Shown: piece by piece, positions 39,306 to 52,912 of the stretch
How the letters are laid out: every line of letters begins with the position of its first letter
Numbering within the stretch: position 1 is the stretch's first letter
Assembly (NCBI RefSeq): GCF_002113885.1
Contig: NW_018480028.1
Span: 182,686-246,685 of the forward strand
Direction of reading: 5' to 3'
Source of the DNA: Mizuhopecten yessoensis
Taxonomy: Eukaryota
DNA: 64,000 bases
Made by a program: the position numbers and the translations under genes
The notes under the pieces: generated by a model
Seen by the model: only the letters and a program-made list of their open reading frames with translations
Told to the model about the DNA's origin: nothing
The model's database searches: none

Positions 39306-40496
39306 GGGATCCTTAAGATTGTCTCAACCATTGCATTGGACGTCTGACACCTGTACGGAGATCCTTAAGATTGTCTCGACCATTGCGTTGGACGTCTGAC
39401 ACCTGTACAGGGATCCTTAAGATTGTCTTGACCATTGTGTTGGACATCTGACACCTGTACGGGGATCCTTAAGATTGTCTCCACCATTGCGTTGGACCTC
39501 TGACACCTGTACAGGGATCCTTAAGATTGTGTTGACCATTGCGTTGGACGTCTGACACCTGTAAGGGGATCCTTAAGATTGTCTCGACCATTGCGTTGGA
39601 AGTCTGACACCTGTACGGGGATCCTTAAGATTGTCTTGACCATTGTGTTGGACATCTGACACCTGTACGGGGATCCTTAAGATTGTCTCGACCATAGCGT
39701 TGGACGTCTGACACCTGTACAGGGATCCTTAAGATTGTCTCGACCATTGCGTTGGATGTCTGACACCTGTACGGGGATCCTTAAGATTGTCTTGACCATT
39801 GTGTTGGACATCTGACACCTGTACGGGGATCCTTAAGATTGTCTCGACCATAGCGTTGGACGTCTGACACCTGTACAGGGATCCTTAAGATTGTCTCGAC
39901 CATTGCGTTGGATGTCTGACACCTGTACGGGGATCCTTAAGATTGTCTCGACCATTGTGTTGGACGTCTGACACCTGTACGGGGATCCTTAAGATTGTCT
40001 CGACCATTGCGTTGGACGTCTGACACCTGTACGGGGATCCTTAAGATTGTCTCGACCATTGCGTTGGACGTCTGACACATGTACGAGGATCCTTCAGATT
40101 GTCTCGACCATTGCGTTGGATGTCTGACACCTGTACGGGGATCCTTAAGATTATCTCGACCATTGCGTTGGACGTCTGACACCTGTACAGGGATTCTTAA
40201 GTTTGTCTTGACCATTGGGTTGGACGTCTGACACCTGTACGGGGATCCTTAAGATTGTCTTGACCATTGCGTTGGACTTCTGACACCTGTACGGGGATCC
40301 TTAAGATTGTCTCCACCATAGCGCTGGACGTCTGACACCTGTACGGGGATCCTTAAGATTGTATCGACCATTGCGTTGGCCGTCTGCCACCTGTACGGGG
40401 ATCCTGAAGATTGTCTCCACCATAGCGCTGGACGTCTGACACCTGTACGGGGATCCTTAAGATTGTCTCCACCATAGCGTTGGACGTCTGACACCT
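39306..40496. repeat. Minisatellite, 52-bp unit, ~23 copies
   Basis: GGGGATCCTTAAGATTGTCTCGACCATTGCGTTGGACGTCTGACACCTGTAC. Confidence 0.97.
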
Positions 40497-43400
40497 AGTG
40501 TGGCACTAATAGAAGGCCATGTGTGAATACAAAATGAACAGTTGTTCCCGTGGATAAAACAAGATATGGGTCGGAGACTTTCGTTTTGACATCATTCATG
40601 TTCAATATCCATCTAAATATCAAACACACTGTAATTTGGGGTGTCGACAGTTATCTACGGGTAGAGACTCTTTTGTATGAAAACATTTCCTGAGAAATAT
40701 CATCAACTGCAGACAAAGCCTTCAGACATTGCTAACACATTAGTTATTTGTGTGACTTACAGAACTGACCACTTTAGAGTTGACCACCTCCACTGACCAC
40801 TAAGGAACGAGAGACCTCCACTGACCACTAAAATCAGCCCACATCCACTGACCTTGGTTTCTTAATGGTTTGTTCTGGCTCTAAGCTGGTTCCATTTCCA
40901 AACCAGTGTGAATAAAAGTGACCGTTGGTCAAACATATTGATCATCTTGGACAAAAGAATCTTTCTAGAATTTGTCACTGACATTCAGAGCTAAACATCA
41001 GACGAGACACACATAAAGCAATGGAATCTACAAGATTAGATCTCTATTTAGTTCAAATAAATATGATCCATCTGAACTGGGAAAATGTGTGGCCTTATTT
41101 TGTAGAAATGGAATGAAGTCTATTGACGTTGCACGGAAATTCCTCGGATTCAATTATATGTTAGACATGATGGTCAGGCCGAGGCATCCTAATGGAGAGA
41201 GTGGAACATCTACTTATTCTGGCCGACTTGATTCTGTCAGTATATTTGGATGGAATATACGATGATGGAATTTTTCTTTTTGGGTTTTGAACATGAAATT
41301 GTCAAAGATCTGTGAGGCTTGGCATTGGGAACAGAAGGCTATGTTAACTAGTGGTATATTGCGGTGTTCTGATGATCCGTCTGTAAAGTACACATTGCTG
41401 GTAAGGTCAAAGAATCCTTTTGAGTATGTCCGAGGACCTGTCAAACGTTCTGTTAGCCTGGATGCATTACTGTCAGTGTCTGCGAATATTAATTGAGATA
41501 TTTGTAGAGTTGGTGTTAAGGGTGATGGATTTTCGTTTGTGTCAGAGTTGTCCTAATCTTTTTCACTTCTGCGAGAGTCCAGCCACGAGTCCAGCCATGA
41601 GCTTCACCGTGTCCAGTGTGTGGTGATTGACCGTCTGAATGATCTCCTGACCCGTCTGTCTATATCACAAGCGACTCGCTGACCAATTTCTAGTTGTCGT
41701 TGTTATTATTGGCATGGCACCTGACTGACCAACTACTTTGGTCTTCCCTAATAAAAAAAGGCAATTACACCAAAATAATTCTGTGTATTACATAAAGCTG
41801 ATTTTTTTTAACAACATTCAAGGTCACATTGGTCAAACGTTACAACTTAAAATGACGTCTTCTACAGAACTATTAGGCTTCATGAAATGATATAGATATA
41901 CAGAATGTAGGTTGCTATGCTACAGTATCAATTGTGTTGAAATAGATGACCTTGACCCCTATGATATATGTAGCCTACAGCTTAAAGACTATCATCCCTA
42001 CATTGTCCAGAGACACGGTTGTGTGGTTGTGTCCGTGCTCGGTTGATTAATTGTCCGGAGGTCCAGTATAAGGCCACCAGACGACTATAATCACCTTTGT
42101 CCGGCAGCATTGTGTTCAGGCAGCACTTATCCTGAATCTGGCTCTATCTTAATGACTGACCATTACCTACCGGAGATAAAAAAAACATGTATCCGAGCCT
42201 GATTCTGATCCTCGAGCCTGATTCTGAACCAGGGATGTAGCCCAATAGTCTGATCATTGAGGTTTTGCCCAATAGTCTGATCATTGCGAAAATGTTGCGT
42301 GACCAATATAGGTAATCATAGTCATTGCTTTAGATAGGGTGTTTCAGATTTCAAATGTAATTTGAGTTTAGAAGGTTGTTTTTGTATAATAAAAATTTAA
42401 TTTTCAACAATTATTTTGAGAGAAAAAAAAATTGAAGTTGGACCAATTCAGTGCATTTTCATCAAATCTGAATATGACAAAATCTTGAAATGAACCATTT
42501 TGGAAACTTGTGTGATATAACAGTATGGAAGAAATTTTGGCAGTGATATTATAAAATTTAAATTTAAAACCCTTTCTTCAAATAGTGTCAGTTTTACATT
42601 GTATGTAATGTACTCAAAATTAGCTCAAAAGGTGAAAAGTCTGGCGATTTTTTGTTTATATTGACCTGATAAAGTAACAGAGAGTGACTTGGTAATCCTG
42701 TGTGATTGATGGTGACAAGGTTACAGTGCCTATCTTCGGATCCCGTATGTTCGTCGGTCAGCAGTCTCATTATCCACGTCATACTTATCTTCTATCTGGT
42801 GACAGTAAAGTCTGACCATTTCCTGTTAGTATTGTCCGTATACGTACAGGTCAGCCAAAAATAGAACTCATTTACCCAGAATTACGAGGTACAGCTTTCA
42901 TTGGATTAGAAAAATGAATTAGCTGTAACAGTAGAAACTGTTGTTTAATTAAAGAAAATCAACTGATAATATACATATATATATATCTTTGAAGCAATTG
43001 GTTTGGGGAGTTGACATAGGAATGTGTTAAAAAATAGTATCTAATATATGATGTAAAATAGTCTTCAGATCAAATCTTACTTTCCTTAAAAAAGGCAAAA
43101 CGCCATTTTCCCTGTAGTCTTCAATTCAAACTGATTTATACCTGGACCTACAGTTGAGAAGGTGTCTCGGTGGTCGTTTGTGTATGGTACTAGATCACAA
43201 AGAGTTTTAAAGAGAAGATATAAATAACAGTGTTTAAGAATTTTAGATTTTAGCACCAATGATACTGGTATCAGGTGCCGACGAGTCTGGAGCGGATGAT
43301 TAAGTAAAGGTGTGCTGATCAATGATTTAAACAGCAGTATATATAGACCTCCGATGTTGATCAGGCTGTTTATTACACGGGAGGCTGAAACCTCCTGGAA

Positions 43401-43916
43401 CTGGCAACGCTTGATTGCGTCGTCCGTAATAAAATCATTATGATTTGAAAAAGACTGACTTCATCAGAATGAAAATTCACCATTACCACTTTTGTTTGTT
43501 TGGACCAACCCGGGACAAGTGAAATATAAACATGAAATATAAACAGTAAACACTAGATAATGCAGCCATTGTGTTCCCAAGTAGTGTATGCATGTGTGTT
43601 TTGGGAGGCTGCGATATGTTGGTGTTTGTCTCCTTGTGATAGCGCGGAACTGATGCCGACCACTGCTAGCGAATTAAAAGCTGAGTCAAACAGGTTTCAC
43701 TGTAGATCTGAGCTAGTTCAAAGATATTTTAGACTCTAAAAGATCAATTCCACAATTTGTCTTTTTACATATTTTCATGAAATATGACACATCAGTATTC
43801 ATGACATTAATCTCGTGAGACAAAATGAAGTTTAGACTCATATGTTTAAGGTCAAGGTCACAAGTACAGAATATTTACTTGACGATTGAAGAATTTCAAT
43901 CAAATTTCGTAAAACT

Positions 43917-44121
43917 CCTGCCATATCTCCCAATAACATAGCCTGCCATATCTCTCAATAACATAGCCTGCCATATCTCCCAATAACATAGCCTGCCATA
44001 TCTCCCAATAACATAGCCTGTCATATCTCCCAATAACATAGCCTGCCATATCTCCCAATAACATAGCCTGCCATATCTCCCAATAGCATAGCCTGCCATA
44101 TCCCCAAATAGCATAGCCTGC
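43917..44121. repeat. Minisatellite, 25-bp unit, ~8 copies
   Basis: CCTGCCATATCTCCCAATAACATAG. Confidence 0.96.
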
Positions 44122-44396
44122 ACTGCTTGTTTAAACACACACAATGTATGTATTGCACCTTCCAACACTAACACATGTTGTACGGCGATCTTCCTATCAA
44201 TCGGACTCCCACAATGATGCGGGTGAATTTAAGGACCCCCGTAACACTGCCAAAAAAATGAAGCTTTGCATTCAAAACTTATTTTTCCAGCATGTCTATA
44301 CCTTTGATAAATCATTGTTAAAAGAAAAGTATACCTTGCCAGACTTCAATGAAAACATAATGGTTATGAAATAAACAAAATATAATCAACAAACAT

Positions 44397-44493
44397 TCTC
44401 TGGGTGTAAAATATTTTGTGGGGCCAGACCTGGATTCGAACCCTTGATTTCAGATTGGTATAACATTGTTGAATCAAATTGAGCTACCTGGAC
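44397..44493 (-). mobile_element. tRNA-derived SINE head, same family as 39057-39146
   Basis: Reverse strand GTCCAGGTAGCTCAATTTG...GGGTTCGAATCCAGGTCTGGCCCCACAAAATATTTTACACCCAG. Confidence 0.6.
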
Positions 44494-44692
44494 AACGGAA
44501 TTGTATGGTAATATTGTCCACATTTGCAGTCTCTGTACTATGACTAGTAATGACTAGTAAGGCTGCATAGAGCACAGTGTTGCTTTGGTTGAATTTTTAT
44601 TTAGTCATTGTCAAAAAATCAATTTATAAAGGATACTTGGAACCGACATTGGATACTACGGATACCCGGAGGGGCTATAAAACTAGTGCTGT

Positions 44693-47600
44693 ACATCTTT
44701 GTAGATTTCTGTGACAGTACAAACTGACCCGTAGCTCCCACACATATTTGTAGATTTCTGTGACAGTACAAACTGCCCCGTAGCTACCACACATATTTGT
44801 AGATTTCTGTGACAGTACAAACTGCCCCGTAGCTACCACACATATTTGTAGATTTCTGTGACAGTACAAACTGCCCCGTAGCTACCACACATATTTGTAG
44901 ATTCCTGTGACAGTACAAACTGACCCGTAGCTACCCCACATCTTTGTAGATTTCTGTGACAGTACAAACTGACCCGTAGCTCCCACACATATTTGTAGAT
45001 TTCTGTGACAGTACAAACTGCCCCGTAGCTACCACACATATTTGTAGATTTCTGTGACAGTACAAACTGACCGTAGCTACCACACATATTTGTAGATTTC
45101 TGTGACAGTACAAACTGACCCGTAGATACCACACATATTTGTAGATTTCTGTGACAGTACAAACTGACCCGTAGATACCACACATATTTGTAGATTTCTG
45201 TGACAGTACAAACTGACCCGTAGCTCCCACACATATTTGTAGATTTCTGTGACAGTACAAACTGCCCCGTAGCTACCACACATATTTGTAGATTCCTGTG
45301 ACAGTACAAACTGACCCGTAGCTACCACCCATCTTTGTAGATTTCTGTGACAGTCCAAACTGACCCGTAGCTACCACACATATTTGTAGATTCCTGTGAC
45401 AGTACAAACTGACCCGTAGCTACCCCACATCTTTGTAGATTTCTGTGACAGTACCAGCTAACCCGTAGCTACCACACATCTTTGTAGGTTTCTGTGACAG
45501 TACAAACTGACCCGTAGATACCACACATATTTGTAGATTTCTGTGACAGTACAAACTGACCCGTAGATACCACACATATTTGTAGATTTCTGTGACAGTA
45601 CAAACTGACCCGTAGCTACCCCACATCTTTGTAGATTTCTGTGACAGTACAAGCTAACCCATAGCTACCACACATCTTTGTAAATTTCTGTGACAGTACA
45701 AGCTAACCCATAGCTACCACACATCTTTTTAGATTTCTGTAACAGTACAAACTGACCCATAGCTACCACACATCTTTGTAGATTTCTGTAACAGTACAAG
45801 CTAACCCGTAGCTACCACAAGCTACCACACAGCTTTGTAGATTTCTGTGACAGTACCAGCTAACCCGTAGCTATCACACATCTTTGTAGATTTCTGCGAC
45901 AGTACAAGCTAACCCGTAGCTACCACACAACTTTGTAGATTTCTGTAACAGTACCAGCTAACCTGTGACAGTACAAACCGACCCGTAGCTACCACACATC
46001 TTTGTAGATTTCTGTGACAGACATCTTTGTAGATTTCTGTGACAGTACAAGCTACCCCATAGCTACCACACATCTTTGTAAATTTCTGTGACAGTACAAG
46101 CTAACCCGTAGCTACCACGCAACTTTGTAGATTTCTGTAACAGTACCAGCTAACCCATAGCTACCACACATCTTCGTAGATTTCTGTCACGGTACAAACT
46201 AACCCGTAGCCACCACACATCTTGGTAGATTTCTGTAACAGTACAAGCTAACCAATATCTACCACACATCTTTGTAGATTTCTGTAACAGTACCAGCTAC
46301 CCCGTAGTTCCCACACATCTTTGTAGATTTCTGTAACGGTACAAGCTAACCCGTAGCTACCACACATCTTTGTAGATTTCTGTGACAGTAGCTACCACAC
46401 ATCTTTGTAAATTTCTGTGACAGTACAAGCTAACCCATAGCTACCACACATCTTTGTAGATTTCTGTAACAGAACCAGCTAACCCATAGCTACCACACAT
46501 CTTTGTAGATTTCTGTAACGGAACAAGCTAACCCGTAGCTACCACACATCTTTGTAGATTTCTATGACAGTACCAGCTAACCCGTAGCTATCACACATCT
46601 TTGTAGATTTCTGTGACAGTACAACCTAACCCGTAGCTACCACACATCTTTGTAGATTTCTGTAACGGAACAAGCTAACCCGTAGCTACCACACATCTTT
46701 GTAGATTTCTGTCACGGAACAAACTAACCCGTAGCTACCACACATCTTGGTAGATTTCTGTAACAGTACAAGCTAACCAATAGCTACCACACATCTTTGT
46801 AGATTTCTGTGACCGTACCAGCTAACCCATAGCTACCACACATCTTTGTAGATTTCTGTCACGGCACAAACTAACCCGTAGCTACCACACATCTTGGTAG
46901 ATTTCTGTAACAGTACAAGCTAATCAATAGCTACCACACATCTTTGTAGATTTCTGTAACGGTACAAGCTAACCCGTAGCTACCACACATCTTTGTAGAT
47001 TTCTGTAACGGAACAAGCTAACCCGTAGCTACCACACATCTTTGTAGATTTCTATGACAGTACCAGCTAACCCGTAGCTATCACACATCTTTGTAGATTT
47101 CTGCGACAGTACAAGCTAACCCGTAGCTACCACACAACTTTGTAGATTTCTGTAACAGAACCAGCTAACCCATAGCTACCACACATCTTTGTAGATTTCT
47201 GTCACGGAACAAACTAACCCGTAGCTACCACACATCTTGGTAGATTTCTGTAACAGTCCAAGCTAACCAACAGCTACCACACATCTTTGTAGATTTCTGT
47301 AACAGTACAAACTGACCCGTAGCTACCACACATCTTGGTAGATTTCTGTAACAGTCCAAGCTAACCAACAGCTACCACACATCTTTGTAGATTTCTGTAA
47401 CAGAACCAGCTAACCCATAGCTACCACACATCTTTGTAGATTTCTGTGACAGTAGCTACCACACATCTTTGTAAATTTCTGTGACAGTACAAGCTAACCC
47501 ATAGCTACCCCACATCTTTGTAAATTTCTGTGACAGTACAAGCTAACCCGTAGCTACCGCACAACTTTGTAGATTTCTGTAACAGTACCAGCTAACCCAT

Positions 47601-48848
47601 AGCTACCACACATCTTTGTAGATTTCTGTCACGGGACAAACTAACCCGTAGCTACCACACATCTTGGTAGATTTCTGTAACAGTACAAGCTAACCAATAG
47701 CTACCACACATCTTTGTAGATTTCTGTAACAGTACAAACTAACCCGTAGCTACCACACATCTTTGTAGATTTCTGTAACAGTACAAGCTAACCCATAGCT
47801 ACCACACATCTTTGTAGATTTCTGTCACGGTACAAACTAACCCGTAGCTACCACACATCTTGGTAGATTTCTGTAACAGTACAAGCTAACCAATAGCTAC
47901 CACACATCTTTGTAGATTTCTGTAACAGTACAAGCTAGCCCGTAGCTACCACAAGCTACCACACATCTTTGTAGATTTCTGTGACAGTAAAAATTAACCA
48001 ATAGCTACCACACATCTTTGTAGATTTCTGTCACGGCACAAACTAACCCGTAGCTACCACACATCTCGGTAGATTTCTGTAACAGTACAAGCTAACCAAT
48101 AGCTTCCACACATCTTTGTAGATTTCTGTAACAGTACCCGCTAACCCATACTTACCACACATCTTTGTAGATTTCTGTAACAGTACCAGCTAACCCATAC
48201 TTACCACACAGCTTTGTAGATTTCTGTGACAGTACAAATTAACCAATAGCTACCACACATCTTTGTTGATTTCTGTAACAGTACCAGCTAACCCGTGGCT
48301 ACCACACATCTTTGTAGATTTCTGTGACAGTACCAGCTAACCCATAGCTACCACACATCTTTGTAGATTTCTGTAACAGTACCAGCTAACCCATACTTAC
48401 CACACATCTTTGTAGATTTCTGTGACAGTACAAATTAACCAATAGCTACCACACATCTTTGTAGATTTCTGTAACAGGACCAGCTAACCCATACTTACCA
48501 CACATCTTTGTAGATTTCTGTAACAGGACCAGCTAACCCGTAGCTACCACACATCTTTGTAGATTTCTGTAACAGGACCAGCTAACCCATACTTACCACA
48601 CATCTTTGTAGATTTCTGTAACTGTACCAGCTAACCCGTAGCTACCACACATCTTTGTAGATTTCTTTAACAGTACCAGCTAACCCGTAGCTACCACACA
48701 TCTTTGTAGATTTCTCTGACAGTACCAGCTAACCCGTAGCTATCACACATCTTTGTAGATTTCTGTGACACTACAAGCTAACCCATAGCGACCACACATC
48801 TTTGTAAATTTCTGTGACAGTACAAGCTAACCCGTAGCTACCACACAT
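44693..48848. repeat. Large minisatellite, 49-bp unit, ~4.2 kb, ~85 copies
   Basis: ACATCTTTGTAGATTTCTGTGACAGTACAAGCTAACCCGTAGCTACCAC. Confidence 0.98.
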
Positions 48849-49686
48849 GCCTTAATGGAAGTCAGGCAATCAATGAAATAAAAACAGTATAAAACCACCT
48901 GGATTTTTCCTGCAAGCTATGTACAATATTAATCGCATGGAAAGTTCATACCAATTATCTGGTCCACCAAGGTATATGATAAAGGCATTTACCTTGCTTG
49001 CTGATCAAACCCAGGGCTTGTTTGCACAACCCTTAATTACCTAATTGCAAATTTTTATTTATTTCTCCTTATACAGAAAAAAAAATTATGGTAATGCAAA
49101 TAAAGCCTTTCAATGTATGGGGAAATTCCATTGTTTCCTGTCTATTAGTTGGAAGAAAGAAATAGATGACCAACTTAGTATTAGAACAGTCGACCTTGAG
49201 GCCTAGAACGTAATTAAACTGTTCCAGTCAACATTGTGGTGCAACGACTATAGGAAAGCCTTACAATGAGTCATCTGATTAAATCTGAAAAAATCTGCAA
49301 AAAAGCATTCATGGTAAATTTAGTCAATGGTGTTGACAAAAAAAGTCCAGAGACGAGGAAAGTATTTTAAGCTACCTGATTGAATTCGGCTTATTTTTTT
49401 ATGTACTTTAACCTTAAAGACAATTCTGATGACGTGGCCTCAAGCTCGGTAAAATAGATTCTATAATAACTGTATGAGTGACAATGTTTTCTCATCTAAA
49501 TCATTGATTATGTAATAAACAGCTTAAAACTGTATTAACTGTAGGCTAACACTTCATTGCTACTATCAAAAGCTACAGCTACTGTGCTGATTAGAGTCAT
49601 TATCTTCTACAGAATTATTGTTTTTTGTAGAATAGAATTTAATAGAGATTAGTTATGCTTATCATGTTAAAAATTCATATATGATA

Positions 49687-49906
49687 TACTGTGAAATCAG
49701 AAATTTTGGTGGGGCACAAATTACAGGGTTTCCCAAATACCATTTTCTGAATACCTGAATTCCTGGATTTCGAGTTCCGACTCATTCGGATAATAGCTTT
49801 ATGTCAGACATCTAACTATTTCTTGGACCTATGAATTTGTGGATGAAGAGAACACCCACGAAATCAACGAATCAAAAACACCACAAAAATTAGTAATTTC
49901 ACAGTA
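49687..49906. mobile_element. ~220-bp MITE with CTGTGAAAT TIRs and TA flanks
   Basis: TA-CTGTGAAATC...AATTTCACAG-TA; related to 35981-36177. Confidence 0.75.
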
Positions 49907-50903
49907 TTTAAATTAGAAAACATTGCGAAGTATAAGGCTGTTGTGTCCTCAGATTGTCGCCAAAGATATTTCTTTGTCGACACAGCTGTATTCCCAAGCC
50001 GACAGACTCTTGATGTTTCTCCTGTAGGTTGGCTCCACCCTATACCCGCGGGGGTCATTTCTGTTGATCAACGTCAAAGGATGGGAAAGTTTGTTTCGAT
50101 CTGATTCAACATCTCCAAAACATCCAGACAGGGATTGGAAAGCCTTTGTTTTCTCTCCATTAGTGGTGGTTGTTGAAGTTACAATGTGGTATATAGACAC
50201 AAGTCGATGAATGGCCATTTTGTTTGTCACTTGCAAAGGTGACTTTAAGGGATTATTGTATACTGGGAAATGTTTGCCTTTTTTGCCCTCCGCAATGAGA
50301 GTGAATTCATTATCACTACAAACATTTGTAAATAACATCATATACACAAAAATGGACTGTGAAGGGCAAAATTAAAACTAGACAATCAAGGATTTTCTGT
50401 TGCAATAACGAAGGGGAAAAGAGATATAAATGAGGGTCCACCTTAAATGTCTGCACACGAAACAGAGCATACAAATACATGTAGGTTTTTACTTGTCTTG
50501 TTGGTTCTGGAAATTGTTTCGTCTAGAAGACAGTCACTCCACAGGGGATCAATTGAAACTTTACCTTCTCTGGAATAAAACTTCGCCAAAAATAAATAAA
50601 ACCAGGAATATTTCATTTCCCAAAACCCACAGGACTTTGGTTGGCAATGCCAAAATTAAATTAGGAGAGAAGTGTTAGTCTTCTATCAAATTCTGTTACT
50701 GGATAATATCTCTGAGGTTATCTGATTGTTTTATTTGTTCATTATATATAATAGTTCATAGTCTTTTTAAATTTAATCAGATTTGAAAAGAGAATCAACA
50801 GGTTGTGGAGAATAGGACATTTGAATAAAATCACTTGTTATGGTATGTACCAGAACTTCTCTTGTGAGTCCATCCTCAATGATGTTATAACACATTACAC
50901 GTA

Positions 50904-52552
50904 GGACCACCCTCTCTAACTGTGATCTACACCAGAACCTGTCTTGTGAGACGTCCCTCTCTAACTGTGATCTACACCAGACCCTGTCTTGTGAGACCAC
51001 CCTCTCTAACTGTGATCTACACCAGACCCTGTCTTGTGAGACCACCCTCTCTAATGGTGATCTATACCAGAACCTGTCTTGTGTGACCACCCTCTCTAAT
51101 TGTGATTTACACCAGAACCTGTCTTGTGAGACCACCCACTCTAACTGTGATCTACACCAGAACCTGTCTTATAGGACCACCCTCTCTAATTGTGATCTAC
51201 ACCAGAACCTGTCTTGTTAGTCCTCCGTCGCTAACCGTGATCTACACCATAACCTTTCTTGTGTGACCACCCTCTCTAACTGTGATCTACACCAGACCCT
51301 GTCTTGTGAGACCACCCTCTCTAACTGTGATCTACACCAGACCCTGTCTTGTGAGACCACCCTCTCTAATGGTGATCTATACCAGAACCTGTCTTGTGTA
51401 CATGTGACCACCCTCTCTAATTGTGATTTACACCAGAACCTGTCTTGTGAGACCACCCATTCTAACTGTGATCTACACCAGAACCTGTCGTGTGTGACCA
51501 CCCTCTCTAACTGTGATCTACACCAGACCCTGTCTTGTGAGACCCCCCTCTCTAATTTTGATCTACACCAGAACCTGTCTTGTGAGACCACCCATTCTAA
51601 CTGTGATCTACACCAGAACCTGTCTTATAGGACCACCCTCTCTAATTGTGATCTACACCATAACCTTTATTGTGTGACCACCCTCTCTAATTGTGATCTA
51701 TAGCAGAACCTGTCTTGTGTGACCACCCTCTCTAATTGTGATTTACACCAGAACCTGTCTTGTGAGACCACCCTCTCTAACTGTGATCTACACCAGAACC
51801 TGTCTTATAGGACCACCCTCTCTAATTGTGATCTACACCAGAACCTGTCTTGTTAGTCCTCCGTCGCTAACCGTGATCTACACCATAACCTTTCTTGTGT
51901 GACCACCCTCTCTAACTGTGATCTACACCAGACCCTGTCTTGTGAGACCCCCCTCTCTAATTTTGATCTACACCAGAACCTGTCTTGTGAGTCCTCCCTC
52001 TCTAATTGTGATCTATACCAGAACCTGCCTTGTGAGACCACCCTCTCTAACTGTGATCTACACCAGACCCTGTCTTGTGAGACCACCCTCTCTAATCGTG
52101 ATCTACACCATAACCTTTCTTGTGTGACAACCCTCTCTAATTGTGATCTACACCAGAACCTGTCTGGTGAGACCACCCTCTCTAGCTGTGATCTACACCA
52201 GAACCTGTCTTGTTTACATGTGACCACCCTCTCTAATTGTTATCTATTCCAGAACCTGTCTTTTGAGACCACCCTCTCTAATTGTGATCTACACCATAAC
52301 CTTTATTGTGTGACCACCCTCTCTAATTGTGATCTATACCAGAACCTGTCTTGTGAGACCACCCATTCTAACTGTGATCTACACCAGAACCTGTCTTGTG
52401 AGACCACCCTCTCTAATTGTGATCTACACCATAACCTTTCTTGTGTGACCACCCTCTCTAATTGTGATCTACACCAGAACCTGTCTTGTGTGACCACCCT
52501 CTCTAATTGTGATCTATACCAGAACCTGTCTTGTGTGACCACCCTCTCTAAT
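50904..52552. repeat. Minisatellite, 45-bp unit, ~36 copies
   Basis: GACCACCCTCTCTAACTGTGATCTACACCAGAACCTGTCTTGTGA. Confidence 0.97.
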
Positions 52553-52912
52553 TTTTACATGATTACTCTGTTATTCTGTGAATACACCCCCTCTCATATA
52601 AATTTTGTAGGAAGTTGTGTAAGATGACTTATTATGATGTCATAAAATTATCAACACCACTGGTTTTCATATCACATGATCAGGTCTCGATAACCACAGT
52701 ACAACTTCAACAACATCTTGTAAAAGCATGTTTTTTGCAATATTCACGAAAGATATGAAATTGGTTTCAATTTCATACGAGATTTATGAAACTTATCAAT
52801 TGTTTTTTTATTTGGTCTTGCAAGAGGTCTGCTTAAATGAAATATTCTTAAAAGCGTTTCATAGAAATAGAAACTGTAGTAAGATCCTGGCTGTAAGTGC
52901 AGTGTATCCGTG

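Noticed and set aside
49949-50347. 132-aa minus-strand ORF
   Set aside because: Non-ATG start, no recognisable domain or splice support.
50773-52627. 242-aa and 146-aa Cys/His-periodic ORFs resembling zinc fingers or LRRs
   Set aside because: Products of a 45-bp tandem unit, open on both strands and interrupted by frameshifting variants.
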